NCBI GenBank assembly: GCA_963796955.1
Contig: CAWCNJ010000004.1
Location: 288,001-352,000 of the forward strand
From: Endomicrobiales bacterium
Lineage (GTDB): Bacteria > Elusimicrobiota > Endomicrobiia > Endomicrobiales > JALOBY01
Reading direction: 5' to 3'
Length of the DNA stretch: 64,000 nt
In this document: in pieces, positions 1 through 9,679 of the stretch
Layout of the letters: each line of letters opens with the position of its first letter
Position numbering within the stretch: position 1 is the stretch's first letter
The notes under the pieces: model-generated
Databases searched by the model: none
Told to the model about the DNA's origin: nothing
The model's input: the letters and a program-made list of their open reading frames with translations, nothing else
Translations under genes and position numbers: made by a program

Positions 1-456
1 TGAGGCATAAGTCAGGTCATACATTTCCTGGGCATTTGATGGGGCAAGCACTATCATTTTGTAATCGCCATGACCGCCCCCTTTAACAGCCTGGAAATAA
101 TCGCTCTGGGAAGCTGCGATATTGCCAAGGCCAGGGCCGCCGCGCATGACGTTAACTATTACGCACGGTATTTCCATGCCGGTAAGATAAGAAATGCCTT
201 CCTGTTTAAGCGAAATCCCGGGGGAAGATGAAGATGTCATGGCCCGAACGCCCGTTGCGGCGGCGCCAAGCACCATATTTATAGCCGCAAGCTCGGATTC
301 GGCTTGTAAAAATACGCGGCCAAGTTCCACCATGCGTTTGCTCATATGGGCGGGCACTTCGTTTTGCGGGGTGATCGGGTAGCCGAAATAGGCTTTCACT
401 CCTGCCGCGATAGCGCCTTCACAAAGCGCGATGTTCCCTTTGATTAGTTGTTTCAC
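1..456 (-). CDS. 2-oxoacid:ferredoxin oxidoreductase alpha subunit (VorB-like), 5' part; runs off window start
   Basis: Manual translation from GTG at 456 gives [33 protein letters not shown]...[37 protein letters not shown], with the GYPITP and ESE motifs. GTGA overlap with the upstream ferredoxin gene. Confidence 0.9.
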   Translation of the reverse strand, partial: MKQLIKGNIALCEGAIAAGVKAYFGYPITPQNEVPAHMSKRMVELGRVFLQAESELAAINMVLGAAATGVRAMTSSSSPGISLKQEGISYLTGMEIPCVIVNVMRGGPGLGNIAASQSDYFQAVKGGGHGDYKMIVLAPSNAQEMYDLTYAS

Positions 457-662
457 GGTTTATATACCTCTATACACACATCAGGGCAAATTTGATAGCA
501 AAATCCGCAGGAAGTGCACTTGTCCTCTCCAATAAAAATAGCCGGATGGTATCCGGCCTTATTGAATTCTTTGGACATTTCCAGCGTCTTTTTGGGGCAT
601 ATAAGAACGCAAAGGCCGCAGCCTTTGCATTTCTCTGAATTGATATTCACTCTCTTAGTCAC
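453..662 (-). CDS. 2x[4Fe-4S] ferredoxin, oxidoreductase delta subunit
   Basis: Two CxxCxxCxxxCP motifs; translationally coupled to the alpha subunit. Confidence 0.9.
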   Translation of the reverse strand: MTKRVNINSEKCKGCGLCVLICPKKTLEMSKEFNKAGYHPAIFIGEDKCTSCGFCYQICPDVCIEVYKP

Positions 663-670
663 GATAAGAA

Positions 671-699
671 ATTGTAACTCTTTGAAAGTTCTATGTCAA
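671..699 (-). promoter_or_regulatory. sigma70-type promoter TTGACA-17-TACAAT for the oxidoreductase operon (probably leaderless)
   Basis: Near-consensus hexamers with 17-nt spacing, 8 nt upstream of the GTG start. Confidence 0.7.
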
Positions 700-723
700 A
701 TAACAGTTTTCCGAGGTTGGTAC

Positions 724-853
724 GGTTGGGCACAAGTGCCTTTCCGGTTCTCTCATTGCAGAACGCCCCGCCAATGAAAACGGAATGACCCAGCGGGACT
801 CTAGAGGCTAAGATTCTGCACTGAGTTCACCGGAAAGCCCCTCGCGCCCAACC
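724..853. other. Long imperfect hairpin element (candidate structured ncRNA or palindromic insertion)
   Basis: Nested inverted pairs GGTTGGGC/GCCCAACC, CTTTCCGGT/ACCGGAAAG, CTCA/TGAG, TGCAGAA/TTCTGCA. Confidence 0.55.
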
Positions 854-886
854 TTAGTTCTATATAAGCTTTCGCGCTCAGCGTTC

Positions 887-2548
887 CTATTTTGATTGTG
901 AAACTAATTCTTCGGCGTGTTTAAGGGCGGCGGGGGTTACTTCGGAGCCTGAGAGCATGCGGGCTACTTCTGTTATGTGTTCGGACTCGTTCAAGATCGT
1001 TGCGCGGGTGAAGGTTCGGCCGGCTTTAGAATCTTTTGCCACGTTGATGTTTCGTTCGCCAAGGGCCGCGATCTGGGGAAGGTGCGTTATAGTGATAACC
1101 TGATGGTGTTTTGCAAGGTTTTTCATTTTAATGCCTATCACCTGGCCCATGGGGCCGCCTATGCCGGTGTCTATCTCGTCGAATATCAGCACAGGGATCT
1201 TATCGGCCTTGGCAAGCACGGTCTTTATGGCCAACATTACCCGGGATATTTCGCCGCCGGAGGCGATGTTCTTCAATGGTTTAATGTCTTCCCCGGGATT
1301 AGCGCAGAACATAAAGTTCACTATATCCTGACCGGTACTGGTGGGTGCGGCTTCTTTTTGCAGGGCAAGCTCGAAGCGCGCTTTTTTCATGCCGAGGTCG
1401 CTCAATTCTTTTTGTATATGCAAGGCAAGTTTGTCGCCAGCTTTTTTACGCTGGTTGGTGAGTCTGTCGCAAATACCATTCAGCTCTTTGGCGGCTTTTT
1501 CGGTCTTTTCATCAAGCTCAGCGCGGTTTTGATCCGCTTTGGAAAGTGCGTCAAGCTCTGCCGCTATCTTATCCCGGTAGGCAAGTATATCGATGATAGT
1601 TGTTCCGTATTTTCTCTTTAGTTTATGGATAAGGTCCTGCCTTTCCATAAGTGTGTTAAGTCGATCAGGATCGGAGCTGAGTTTGTCCCGGTAGGTTTCA
1701 ATATCGGAAGCGACGCCTTCTATTTGATAGACCGCGTTCTTCAAGTTTTCAGCGGTCTCGCCAAGCTGGCCGCTGATCGACACTATGCTTTCCAGCAGCT
1801 TTTGCGCCCGTGCCAGTTTTTCCATTACAGCGCCGTCGCCGCAGTAGAGGGTACTGTAAGACTCCTCACTCATGTTGCGCAGCTTTTCCGCGTTCTTCTG
1901 CTGCGGCAGGGCTGCCTCTATCTCTTCTTCCTGTCCGACAGAAAGCTTCGCGTCGTCTATTTCAGTAACTTGAAATGTGTAGAGGTCTACAAGCCTGGCA
2001 CGTTCCTGTTCGGACATCTGTTGCGATTGCTGTTGCGCCGAAAAGTCTTTCCAAATGCGGTATTTCTCGCCTACCTGATCCCTCAGTTCTTCAAGTTCGC
2101 CGAAGCTGTCCAGAAGTGAGCGCTGCTGCGTGCTTTGCATAAGCGTCTGGTGCTCGTGCTGGCCGTGCAGGTCTATAAGGAATTTTCCAGCGGTTGTAAG
2201 GGTTGTAAGGCTTACCGGGATATCATTAATAAAAGCGCGGCTTTTACCGGAGGCGTCTATCTCTCTGCGTATTATCAGGCTGCCGTCGGAAGAAAGGCCG
2301 GTTTCCTGCAAAAATGCGTCCAGCTCTTTGATCTTTCCGTTGTCGAATTCCGCCGTTATAAAACACCGTTCAGCGCCCTTGCGGATACCCTCGCTGGAGG
2401 CCCTGCCGCCCAGGATCAAGCCGATGGATTCAACGATAATGGATTTGCCGGCGCCGGTCTCGCCCGTAAAAACATTAAAGCCCGGCGCCAGTTCAAGGCG
2501 CAGGTCTTCTATCAAAGCGTAATTTTTAATGTGCAGGCTCAGCAGCAT
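887..2548 (-). CDS. recN: DNA repair protein RecN
   Basis: Walker A GETGAGKS, HGQHEHQ, ASGGEISR signature, FDEIDTG Walker B; 553 aa; next to NAD kinase. Confidence 0.97.
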   Translation of the reverse strand: MLLSLHIKNYALIEDLRLELAPGFNVFTGETGAGKSIIVESIGLILGGRASSEGIRKGAERCFITAEFDNGKIKELDAFLQETGLSSDGSLIIRREIDASGKSRAFINDIPVSLTTLTTAGKFLIDLHGQHEHQTLMQSTQQRSLLDSFGELEELRDQVGEKYRIWKDFSAQQQSQQMSEQERARLVDLYTFQVTEIDDAKLSVGQEEEIEAALPQQKNAEKLRNMSEESYSTLYCGDGAVMEKLARAQKLLESIVSISGQLGETAENLKNAVYQIEGVASDIETYRDKLSSDPDRLNTLMERQDLIHKLKRKYGTTIIDILAYRDKIAAELDALSKADQNRAELDEKTEKAAKELNGICDRLTNQRKKAGDKLALHIQKELSDLGMKKARFELALQKEAAPTSTGQDIVNFMFCANPGEDIKPLKNIASGGEISRVMLAIKTVLAKADKIPVLIFDEIDTGIGGPMGQVIGIKMKNLAKHHQVITITHLPQIAALGERNINVAKDSKAGRTFTRATILNESEHITEVARMLSGSEVTPAALKHAEELVSQSK

Positions 2549-2557
2549 GGATTGATA

Positions 2558-3382
2558 TCAGCCTCTCTCGCCCCAGCGTAGTTTTTCTCTCAGCACTTTC
2601 AGATATTTTCGTTTCGGGTTCGTTATCAGCCTAAGCGGTGTTGGCAAAAGCGTTACCGTTACCGTATCGGAGTCGTTTATCTCATGCCGTATCTGGCCGT
2701 CAACAAAAATAGCAGCTTTTTCCGTTCCGTAGGTCTCAGCCGTCATGCGCAGGGTATGCGAGCTGGAAACGATTATGGGGCGCTCTGTCAGTGTGTGCGG
2801 GCAAATGGGCGTAAGGGTGAATACCGAAAGGTCCGGGTGCACGATGGGGCCGCCCGAAGATAGGGAATAGGCCGTTGAGCCGGTAGGCGTTGCGACGATC
2901 AAACCATCACCGGTATAGTCCGCGATAAAATCCTCGTTCAGCCAGGAGCTGATGGTAATGACGCGACCGTTAGTCCCCGAATGGAAGATAACATCGTTCA
3001 GGGCGGTCTCAGTTATCGTTTTACCGTTGGCACGCTGCACCGAGATGTGCAGCATAGCGCGTTCTTCAACCGTATATTTGTCTTTAATTATGTCGGAAAG
3101 GAAGGAATACAGTTCTTTCGTGTTGGTCTCGGCCAGAAACCCCAGAGAACCCAGGTTAATGCCCAGCACCGGCACGCCCCTGATAGCAAGAATGCGGCTG
3201 GCCCTGAGCATGGTACCGTCCCCGCCGAGCGTGATGGCGCAATCTATCTCCGGGAACTTCTCTTTTTCAGAGTCAATGACAATAGCCTTGCAGCCGCGCG
3301 CCGTAAGCCATTTCTTCAGCTTAGGCAATTCGGCAACCGCTTTCTCTTTCTGATCATTGTAGATAATGCCTACGGTTTTCAT
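2558..3382 (-). CDS. nadK: NAD(+) kinase
   Basis: GGDGT, GINLGSLGFL, LND, DGLIVATPTGSTAYSLSSGGP. Confidence 0.97.
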   Translation of the reverse strand: MKTVGIIYNDQKEKAVAELPKLKKWLTARGCKAIVIDSEKEKFPEIDCAITLGGDGTMLRASRILAIRGVPVLGINLGSLGFLAETNTKELYSFLSDIIKDKYTVEERAMLHISVQRANGKTITETALNDVIFHSGTNGRVITISSWLNEDFIADYTGDGLIVATPTGSTAYSLSSGGPIVHPDLSVFTLTPICPHTLTERPIIVSSSHTLRMTAETYGTEKAAIFVDGQIRHEINDSDTVTVTLLPTPLRLITNPKRKYLKVLREKLRWGERG

Positions 3383-3472
3383 AGTCACCTCTCTCTGGGC
3401 TTATTATATCACATATTGAATATATTTTGTATAATGTGTTGACGTCAGTGTTTTTAAGAAAAAGGATATATT

Positions 3473-4570
3473 ATGCCATTATCAGTCGGTATCGTCGGGT
3501 TGCCAAATGTCGGGAAGTCTACTTTTTTCAATGCTATTACGAACGCGGGGGCCGAGGCGCAGAATTATCCGTTCTGCACTATCGAGCCTAATACGGGGAT
3601 AGTTCCGGTGCCGGACCCGAGGCTTGAAGTGCTGGCACAGATCAGCGGAACAAAAAAAATAATCCCAGCGACTATTTCCTGCGTCGACATAGCGGGGTTG
3701 GTGAAGGGCGCTTCCAAGGGGGAAGGTCTTGGCAATAAATTCCTGTCTCATATACGCGAAGTTTCGGCTATAGCGCATGTGGTGCGCTGTTTTGAGGATG
3801 AGAACATTGTGCATGTGAGCGGAAAAATAAGCCCCGTCGATGATATTGAGGTGATTAATACCGAGCTGACGCTGGCTGACCTTGAGATGGCCGACAAGAT
3901 GCACTCCAACGCCAGTAAGGCGATGAGATCCGGCGCCACGGCCGAGGCTAAAGACCGGTTTGCCGTGCTTGAAAAAGTTAAGGCGGCTTTAGAAGGCGGC
4001 AAGTGCCTTCGCACCGTCCCTTTTAACGCCGAGGAAGCGGCTATCCTTTTTACTATGAACTTTATTACCGCCAAAAAAGTTATCTACGTGGCGAATATCA
4101 GTGATTCTATGATAGGGCAGGCAAGCCCGCAGGTGGACGCCGTTAAAGCCTACGCAGAACGCGAAGGCGCCGAATTTACCGTCATCTGCGCTAAGATCGA
4201 AGATGAGATCGCCAAGCTTGATAAGGCGGAAAAAGTTGAGTTCCTTAAGGAGCTGGGCATCGCCGAATCCGGGCTGGATATTTTCGCTCACAAGTGCTAC
4301 CACCTGCTCGGTTTGCAGACGTATATGACCACCGGCGTTCAGGAAACCCATGCCTGGACGATAAATAAGGGTGATACCGCCCCGAAGGCCGCCGGGGTGA
4401 TCCATACGGATTTTGAAAAAGGCTTTATCCGCGCGAATATTATGTCGTATGACGACCTGGTAAAGTACGGCTCGGAGAAAGTGGTTAAAGAAAAGGGCCT
4501 TATGCGTCAGGAAGGCCGCGAATATGTGATGCAGGAAGGCGACATAGTTGAATTTCTGTTCAATGTTTAA
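3473..4570 (+). CDS. ychF: Ribosome-binding ATPase YchF
   Basis: [43 protein letters not shown]-like C-terminus. Confidence 0.98.
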   Translation: MPLSVGIVGLPNVGKSTFFNAITNAGAEAQNYPFCTIEPNTGIVPVPDPRLEVLAQISGTKKIIPATISCVDIAGLVKGASKGEGLGNKFLSHIREVSAIAHVVRCFEDENIVHVSGKISPVDDIEVINTELTLADLEMADKMHSNASKAMRSGATAEAKDRFAVLEKVKAALEGGKCLRTVPFNAEEAAILFTMNFITAKKVIYVANISDSMIGQASPQVDAVKAYAEREGAEFTVICAKIEDEIAKLDKAEKVEFLKELGIAESGLDIFAHKCYHLLGLQTYMTTGVQETHAWTINKGDTAPKAAGVIHTDFEKGFIRANIMSYDDLVKYGSEKVVKEKGLMRQEGREYVMQEGDIVEFLFNV

Positions 4571-4573
4571 TGC

Positions 4574-4603
4574 TGAAACTATTTCCTGCTATATAATGTC
4601 TAA
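4574..4603 (+). promoter_or_regulatory. ECF sigma promoter copy 1 (TGAAAC-N18-GTCTAA)
   Basis: Same hexamers and spacing as 10840-10869 and 23495-23524; upstream of TolC-RND. Confidence 0.8.
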
Positions 4604-4639
4604 TAAAATGATGTTAAATAATACTATTGGGATGCCATC

Positions 4640-5896
4640 GTGAAAAACTTTATAAGACCAAAGGCTGCAGCATTGTTTTTGTCGTTGATATTCTGCGCCG
4701 GGATAGCTTCGGCTGATGGAATTAGATCACTAACCCTGCAGGAGTGCTGCAAAAAAGCCAGGGAGCAGCTTGCAACGGTGCTTGTGCAGGGCGAGCGCAT
4801 TGTTCAGGCAAATGAACGGTTGCGCCAGGCAAAAGCCGCCTTCCTTCCGGATGTCCACTTCCTTGCAAAGAAAACTTTTCAAGACAGCGCCGATGGCGCT
4901 GTCGCCGGTGAATTTACCCAGACGAACCTGACCGCCACACAATCGCTTTTCAACGGCTTCAAGGATAAGAACCTTACCGCCATCGCTTCGCGTGACATTC
5001 AGGTGCAGCAGCTTCTGTATAAATCCTCCATGCGGGATGCCGGCGGACAGGCTGTTCGCGCGTTCTATTCTGTCTCCCTGCCGGAAGTTTCAATTTCTAA
5101 CGATAGCAATAATATATCAATGGTGCAGGATCGCATAAGCGAGCTGCAGTCCAGGGTACGCCTCGGCAAATCCAGGGAAACCGAACTTTTCAGCGTGCAG
5201 TCGACGCTTGCCTCGGTCAGGGCGGACCTTGCAAAGTCGCAGGGCGACAGAACGTCCGCTATCGCAAACCTTGCGTTGCTTATCGGCGGCGATGTAGCGG
5301 CTATAGATGCTGCGGCCGAAGCACAGGACAGCATGAGCGTGCCTTCGCTCCAGGATGCCATTTCTGCCGTAAAGAACCGCTCCGACCTTGTGGCGGCTCG
5401 TGAAGCGCTTGAAGAACAGGAAATTCGCGTAAAGTTCGATAAGGGAGCATTCCTTCCGACGCTTAACGCCACAGGCAATTATTATCTTGACCGTCTCTCC
5501 GGCGCGCCATCCCAGTGGAGCGCGGCCCTTGCCCTTGACATGCCCTTGTTCCAGGGCGGCAGGGACCAGGCTCAGTTGAGACAAGATCTATCACTGTTAC
5601 GCGCCCAGCGCATAGCGCTTGATTTCGAGGAACGTCAGGCCGAGACAGATGTGCGCACGGCTCACGCGGCCCTGGCGGCCTCTATAGAACAATTCGGGTT
5701 TTTAAAAGAAGCTAATGACAAGGCGGAGGCGGCATACCAGTCGCTGGTGAAGGAATATCGCCTGGGCCTTGTTAATAATCTTGATGTCCTTGCCGGTCTG
5801 GGTACATTATTGACGGCGAAAAGCGCCTACACTCAAACCGCCGTCCAGGTCCGCCAGAACAGGGCCCTTCTTCTTGTAACATTAGAACAGTTGTAA
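4640..5896 (+). CDS. TolC-family outer membrane efflux protein
   Basis: Signal peptide, two OEP repeats (AFLPDVHF, AFLPTLNA, MPLFQGG), YRLG near the C-terminus. Confidence 0.9.
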   Translation: MKNFIRPKAAALFLSLIFCAGIASADGIRSLTLQECCKKAREQLATVLVQGERIVQANERLRQAKAAFLPDVHFLAKKTFQDSADGAVAGEFTQTNLTATQSLFNGFKDKNLTAIASRDIQVQQLLYKSSMRDAGGQAVRAFYSVSLPEVSISNDSNNISMVQDRISELQSRVRLGKSRETELFSVQSTLASVRADLAKSQGDRTSAIANLALLIGGDVAAIDAAAEAQDSMSVPSLQDAISAVKNRSDLVAAREALEEQEIRVKFDKGAFLPTLNATGNYYLDRLSGAPSQWSAALALDMPLFQGGRDQAQLRQDLSLLRAQRIALDFEERQAETDVRTAHAALAASIEQFGFLKEANDKAEAAYQSLVKEYRLGLVNNLDVLAGLGTLLTAKSAYTQTAVQVRQNRALLLVTLEQL

Positions 5897-5902
5897 AATT
5901 TT

Positions 5903-5942
5903 GATCTGACGGATCCGTCTGATCAGACAGATCCGGCTGATC
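5903..5942. repeat. 9-bp periodic repeat, five GATC-N5 units
   Basis: GATC at 5903, 5912, 5921, 5930, 5939. Confidence 0.85.
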
Positions 5943-5957
5943 GTCTTTGGGAGTCTT

Positions 5958-8900
5958 ATGTCATTATCCGATAACGCTATAAAAAATCCCGTATTCGCCT
6001 GGATGCTCCTGGTAGGAATGGTGGTCTTCGGCTTCATCGCTTTCTGGCGATTAGGCCTCAGCCAGCTGCCGGATGTGGATTTTCCTGTGCTTAACGTTCT
6101 CGCTACCTGGGAAGGCGCCGCACCGGAGGTAATGGAAACAGAGATAACAGACCCGATCGAAGAGGCCGTGCTCGGCGTGCAGGGCGTTCAGGAGATCACT
6201 TCCAGTTCCAAACAGGGAATTTCGAATATCACCATCCAGTTCAACATGAACGTAAATGTTGACGTTGCCTTGCAGGAAGTGCAAAGCAAAATTTCCACCG
6301 CGCAGCGCAATATGCCCAAGGATATGGACCTTCCTATTATCACAAAAACAAATCCGGAAGATTCTCCTATCATGTGGATAACGCTTTCCGGGACCAGAGA
6401 ACCGAGAGAGCTGATGACCTACAGCCGCGATGTGCTGAAAGACCAGTTCTCCACCGTCCCCGGCGTCGGTGAGATCACCCTGGGCGGCTACCTGGAGCCC
6501 AATCTCCGCGTGTGGCTTGACGCGGAAAAGATGCACAGTAAAGAGCTTACCGTTGATGATGTCACCAATGCTATCAACTCTGAGCACTCCGAAGTGCCTG
6601 CCGGCTATATAGATTCCGGTCCTCGCGAAAGCAACATACGCGTGGCTGGCGAGGCTTCCACAGTGCAGGAATTTGGATCCTTGATCATACCGGCACGTAA
6701 GGGCACGCCTTTGTGGAAAACCTTTCGCATTAGAGATGTTGCAAGCGTCGAAGACGGCTTGGAAGACGTCCGGCGTATTTCCAGGGTTGCCGGCAACCCG
6801 TCGGTAAGTATCGGTATACGCAAACAGCGCGGTACAAATTCTGTGGAGATAGCTAAAGCCGTTAAAAAGAAGATCGTAGAGATGCAGAAATTCCTTCCCA
6901 AAGGAATGGTGCTGGAAGTCAGATTTGATACCACGCGTTTTATAGAAGCTTCAATGAAGGATATGTATTTCGTCCTTATTCTTTCGATCGTTCTGACCGG
7001 GCTTGTCTGCTGGTTGTTCCTCGGCTCCTTGAGCTCTGCTTTCAATATTTTCTTGACGATCCCGATGTCTTTGTGCGGCACATTTTTTGTCATATATATC
7101 ATGGGTTTCACTATTAACACCTTCACGCTGCTGGGCTTATCCCTGGTTGTCGGTATCGTGGTTGACGACGCCATCATGATGCTGGAAAATATCGCCCGAC
7201 ACCGGGAGAACGGCGAGCCCAGGGTCAAGGCCGCCATAATGGGCGCGCGCGAGATCACTTTCGCCGCGGTCGCCGCGTCGGCTGCCATACTCGCTATCTT
7301 TATTCCTGTCATATTCATGTCGGGTGTCATCGGTAAATTCTTCTACCAGTTCGGCGTTACCATTTCCGTTGCGGTGGCGATCTCCCTTCTGGGGGCCCTT
7401 ACTTTGACGCCGATGTTCTGCTCGCAGTTCCTGAAAGTCGGCCATGCCGAACGCGGGATAGGCGCCTGGATGGACAAATTTATGGACGCGCTGCGCGACC
7501 GTTACGCCCTCATGCTCGCCTGGTGCCTGAAATATCGGTGGTTGGTTATTGTTGGTTCTTTCTCGGTATTTGCCGCCTCGCTTCTAATTTACACGAAGGT
7601 TAACAAAGAATTCGTCCCGCCACAGGATCAGAGCATGCTTATGGTAAGCATTACGGCGAAAACAGGGTCAGCTCTGGATTATACAAGCGAAGTTTATAAA
7701 AAGGCAGAGGCAATCCTTGCCACGCGCAACGAACTGGCCGGTTTCTTTAGCGTTATAGGCGGCGATGATGTCAGCACGGGCCGGCTTTTGATAACACTGA
7801 AAGACCTGGAGGCCCGCCCGATAAACCCGAAGACCGGTAAACATATAACACAGCAGGAGTTCATGCCCGTATTGCGCAAGCTGCTTAAGGGCGTTCCCGG
7901 CGCAACGAAGGTGGTTGTGCAGGATCCGTCCCTGATGGGCCTTTCGGCGAAGCGCGGCTTCCCGATAGAATTCACCGTGAGCGGACCCGATTGGGATAAG
8001 CTTGCGGAATTGAGCACGACCGTCGGTGAAGAAATGGGCAAGACCGGCCTTATGACGGACGTGGATACCGACTACAACATGGGTCCTCCTGAGATCAGGG
8101 TCGTGCCGGATCGCACTAAGGCCTCTGAACGCGCGGTAAGCGTGGACAATATAGCTAACACAATAAACGCCATGATCGGCGGGCTCAAGGTCGGGAAATT
8201 TACCAAGAACGGACACCGCAATGATATTCGCCTGCAGCTGGTCGCAAAAGACCGCAGCGAGAAATCCGCTATCGGTAAACTGTGGGTTCACAACAGCAGG
8301 GGCGAGCTGGTGCGCCTTTCTGATGTTGTGACCATTGTTGAAAAACCCGCCCTGCTCTCTATAACCCGCGACAACCGTCAGCGCGCCATCAGGATGTTCG
8401 CCAATGTTGCCCCGGGCAAATCGCAATCTGATGCTATGAAGGCCTGCGAGGACGTCGGTAAAAAGATGCTCCCTGAAGGTTATAAGCTGGTTTTCTCTGG
8501 CAGCGCTCAGAGCTTTAAAGATTCATTCGCTGATCTCGGTCTGGTGATGATACTGGGTATTTTTGTCGCCTATATGGTACTTGGTACGCAGTTCAACAGT
8601 TTCGTTCATCCGTTCACGGTGCTGCTGGCCCTGCCTTTCAGCGTTTCAGGCGCCTTTATGGCTTTGGCATTGACCGGCCACTCGCTTAACATTTATAGCG
8701 CCATAGGGCTGATATTGCTGATGGGTCTGGTTAAGAAAAATTCTATTTTGCTGGTAGATTTTACCAATCAGCGAAGGGCTGAAGGCCTCTCGGTAACCGA
8801 CGCACTGCTGCAAGCCTGCCCTGTCAGGCTTCGCCCCATTCTTATGACCTCGGTCGCGACCGTTGCGGCAGCTGTTCCGCCTGCCGTTGCCGTCGGTCTG

Positions 8901-9146
8901 GGATCGGAAACAAGAGCGCCTATGGCCATAGTCATCATCGGCGGCGTAACGCTCTCGACTCTTTTGACATTATTCGTGGTGCCATGTGCTTACAGCCTGC
9001 TTTCAGGGTTGGAAAGCCGCACGCACCAGAAAGATGTGCATGACGCTATCGCTGAGCTTGATAGCGAAAAGACAGCAGCCGGTCTTGACATGCCGGCCCT
9101 GGAATTGCAAAATAATGCGGTAAGCGTGCCTAAGGAGACCCTATGA
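5958..9146 (+). CDS. RND efflux permease (AcrB/HAE1 family)
   Basis: 1062 aa; PDVDFP, GIVVDDAIMMLEN, GLVKKNSIL, RLRPILMT proton-relay motifs. Confidence 0.96.
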   Translation: MSLSDNAIKNPVFAWMLLVGMVVFGFIAFWRLGLSQLPDVDFPVLNVLATWEGAAPEVMETEITDPIEEAVLGVQGVQEITSSSKQGISNITIQFNMNVNVDVALQEVQSKISTAQRNMPKDMDLPIITKTNPEDSPIMWITLSGTREPRELMTYSRDVLKDQFSTVPGVGEITLGGYLEPNLRVWLDAEKMHSKELTVDDVTNAINSEHSEVPAGYIDSGPRESNIRVAGEASTVQEFGSLIIPARKGTPLWKTFRIRDVASVEDGLEDVRRISRVAGNPSVSIGIRKQRGTNSVEIAKAVKKKIVEMQKFLPKGMVLEVRFDTTRFIEASMKDMYFVLILSIVLTGLVCWLFLGSLSSAFNIFLTIPMSLCGTFFVIYIMGFTINTFTLLGLSLVVGIVVDDAIMMLENIARHRENGEPRVKAAIMGAREITFAAVAASAAILAIFIPVIFMSGVIGKFFYQFGVTISVAVAISLLGALTLTPMFCSQFLKVGHAERGIGAWMDKFMDALRDRYALMLAWCLKYRWLVIVGSFSVFAASLLIYTKVNKEFVPPQDQSMLMVSITAKTGSALDYTSEVYKKAEAILATRNELAGFFSVIGGDDVSTGRLLITLKDLEARPINPKTGKHITQQEFMPVLRKLLKGVPGATKVVVQDPSLMGLSAKRGFPIEFTVSGPDWDKLAELSTTVGEEMGKTGLMTDVDTDYNMGPPEIRVVPDRTKASERAVSVDNIANTINAMIGGLKVGKFTKNGHRNDIRLQLVAKDRSEKSAIGKLWVHNSRGELVRLSDVVTIVEKPALLSITRDNRQRAIRMFANVAPGKSQSDAMKACEDVGKKMLPEGYKLVFSGSAQSFKDSFADLGLVMILGIFVAYMVLGTQFNSFVHPFTVLLALPFSVSGAFMALALTGHSLNIYSAIGLILLMGLVKKNSILLVDFTNQRRAEGLSVTDALLQACPVRLRPILMTSVATVAAAVPPAVAVGLGSETRAPMAIVIIGGVTLSTLLTLFVVPCAYSLLSGLESRTHQKDVHDAIAELDSEKTAAGLDMPALELQNNAVSVPKETL

Positions 9147-9679
9147 TAAAAAGAATGTGGCTTGCGTTCGGTGTTGCCGCCTTGATACTGACTTCCTCAT
9201 TACTATCGTCTTACGGTGAATTACCTGTCCTGAAAGATGCCATGGACCTCGCGCGCGATAAAAAATATGACCAGGCTATTGAGAAGGTTCAGACGGCTAT
9301 TGTCACGGCGACCCCTGAGCAGTGTAAAGAGTGCCGTTTAACGCTCGGACTGCTGTATTATAAATCGGGCCGCTATGATAATTCTCTCAACGAGTTTAAG
9401 GCCATCGTCGCACAGGACGAGAAGAATGTTATGGCATGGTTCTATATGGGCTATATCTACGAACAACTGGGCATGCGTGAAAATGGTGCGCAGCCAATAA
9501 AAGACACAACTCGCAAGGCTCTTGAATGCTGGAAGAAGGTTGTCTCTTATGCCAGTGATACCTCTGCCGTACAGGCAATACATCATAAAATAGATCCTAA
9601 GGAGTTGATCCAGCGGGCTCATAAACATATAAAGCTGCTGTCAGAGGGGCTGTCGGAGGGAATTAACGATGATAAATAA
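9143..9679 (+). CDS. Exported tetratricopeptide repeat protein
   Basis: Signal peptide; TPR patterns LGLLYYKSGRYDNS and AWFYMGYIYEQLG. Confidence 0.8.
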   Translation: MIKRMWLAFGVAALILTSSLLSSYGELPVLKDAMDLARDKKYDQAIEKVQTAIVTATPEQCKECRLTLGLLYYKSGRYDNSLNEFKAIVAQDEKNVMAWFYMGYIYEQLGMRENGAQPIKDTTRKALECWKKVVSYASDTSAVQAIHHKIDPKELIQRAHKHIKLLSEGLSEGINDDK

